Assembly (NCBI GenBank): GCA_034660555.1
Contig: JAYEJL010000147.1
Span: 1-38,572 of the forward strand
Reading direction: 5' to 3'
Length of the DNA: 38,572 bases
Source: Thermotogota bacterium
GTDB lineage: Bacteria; Thermotogota; Thermotogae; Petrotogales; Kosmotogaceae
The notes beneath the pieces were generated by a model, which worked only from the letters and a program-made list of their open reading frames with translations, was not told the origin of the DNA and did no database searches. The translations under genes were made by a program, and so were the position numbers. Each line of letters opens with the position of its first letter. The stretch's first letter is position 1. Shown piece after piece: positions 37,448 through 38,572 of the stretch.

Positions 37448-38572
37448 TTATTCCTCCTCGATCTTTTCCTCAAGTAGCTGTCGTTCATACATCTTTTTAT
37501 ACAATCCCTTGTTTTTAATCAATTCTTCATGTTTTCCGCTTTCTATAATTTCCCCGTTATGAAGAACATAAATCATGTCAGAATTCATAATTGCTTTTAA
37601 TCTGTGAGTGATAACTATTACAGTTCTTGCTTCGTGCTCTTTCTGAAGACTGTTTAGAATAGCAGCTTCAGTTTCCGTATCAACAGCTGATAAACAGTCG
37701 TCAAGAACTATTACTGGTGTTCTTCTAATTAATGCTCTCGCAATGGCTATTCTTTGTTTTTGACCCCCAGATAAAGTTACGCCTCTTTCTCCAACTTTAG
37801 TTTTGTATCCTTTATGAAAATTCTTAATATCTTCGTGTACGGAAGCTATCTCAGCAAAATTTACTATTTCCCCATCAGTGTAATCCTCTACTCCAAAAGC
37901 GATGTTGTTTTTTACAGTTTCAGTAAAAAGGAAGGTCTCCTGAGGAACATAAGAAATATACTTTCTAATCAGATTTGGGTCTAATTTGTTTATATCCACA
38001 CCATCAATAAATATTTTGTTGTCAGGTACCGGATACATCCTTGCGATAAGTTTAGCAATCGTAGTTTTTCCTGAGCCTGTTGTACCAATAATTGCTGTTT
38101 TCGTTCCAGCTTTTAAGTCAATATTAATATTCTTAATTACAGGTTCATTTGATGTTTCATATTTAAAAGTCAAATTGTTGAAAAATATGTCTCCGTTTAT
38201 TCTATCGAGTTTTACAGATTCTTCAGTCCTAATATTTGATTGCGTATTAATAATATCTAGCAGACGTTCATAAGAAGCTCTACCACGCTGTATGATGTTA
38301 ATTAACCAGCCAACTGCCATCATTGGCCACACAAGCATCCCAAGATAAGTTGTAAAGGTTACAAATTTTCCCAATGTTATCTGCTGTAAAATAACTTGTT
38401 TTCCACCAAAGAATAAAGCAAGTACAAAACCAAAAGAAGCAAGAAGTTGAACAAGAGGAAAGAACATACCCCAGATTTTAACTAGAGACATATTTTTATT
38501 TACATAATCATTGGATTTATCTTCAAGCATTTGACCACGAAGATTTTCAATACCATAACTCTTAACTACTCT
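37448..38572 (-). CDS. ABC exporter, fused permease/ATP-binding subunit (partial, 5' end outside window)
   Basis: Frame is open to the window edge (RVVKSYGIENLRGQMLEDK...); GTTGSGKT, LSGGQKQR, VLDDCLSAVD, ITHR. Confidence 0.95.
   Translation of the reverse strand, partial: RVVKSYGIENLRGQMLEDKSNDYVNKNMSLVKIWGMFFPLVQLLASFGFVLALFFGGKQVILQQITLGKFVTFTTYLGMLVWPMMAVGWLINIIQRGRASYERLLDIINTQSNIRTEESVKLDRINGDIFFNNLTFKYETSNEPVIKNINIDLKAGTKTAIIGTTGSGKTTIAKLIARMYPVPDNKIFIDGVDINKLDPNLIRKYISYVPQETFLFTETVKNNIAFGVEDYTDGEIVNFAEIASVHEDIKNFHKGYKTKVGERGVTLSGGQKQRIAIARALIRRTPVIVLDDCLSAVDTETEAAILNSLQKEHEARTVIVITHRLKAIMNSDMIYVLHNGEIIESGKHEELIKNKGLYKKMYERQLLEEKIEEE

Noticed and set aside
1..38572. CRISPR arrays, tRNA/rRNA genes, prophage or defence genes
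   Set aside because: I saw no regularly spaced repeats, cloverleafs or such protein families, and the intergenic spaces are short and mostly accounted for.

Overview
AT-rich bacterial chromosomal window, most likely Thermotogota. The lineage is inferred from the peroxiredoxin-nitroreductase fusion, the efp-asp23-nusB-fhs-folD-dxs-asp23 order and the EF-P/FolD sequence types. From left to right it contains: (1) the left end of an IS110-family element, with a 5'-truncated DEDD transposase running off the window and an apparently intact three-stem-loop bridge-RNA-like non-coding region; (2) a minus-strand ridA-thrS-ade-xdh-PLP enzyme run that looks like purine catabolism; (3) a decayed ferritin/rubrerythrin-like pseudogene and a Prx-nitroreductase fusion whose Prx active site is lost; (4) minus-strand obgE-nadD-dusB, tdh-kbl and a Ca2+/Na+ antiporter; (5) a long plus-strand housekeeping run (remA-like, clpP, mutS, aminopeptidase P, efp, asp23, nusB, fhs, folD, dxs, asp23, fakA-like, glyQ, glyS, era, two MFS transporters); (6) a heterodimeric ABC exporter cut by the right edge. 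I saw no rRNA, tRNA or CRISPR array. All calls come from motif recognition by eye; no searches were run.
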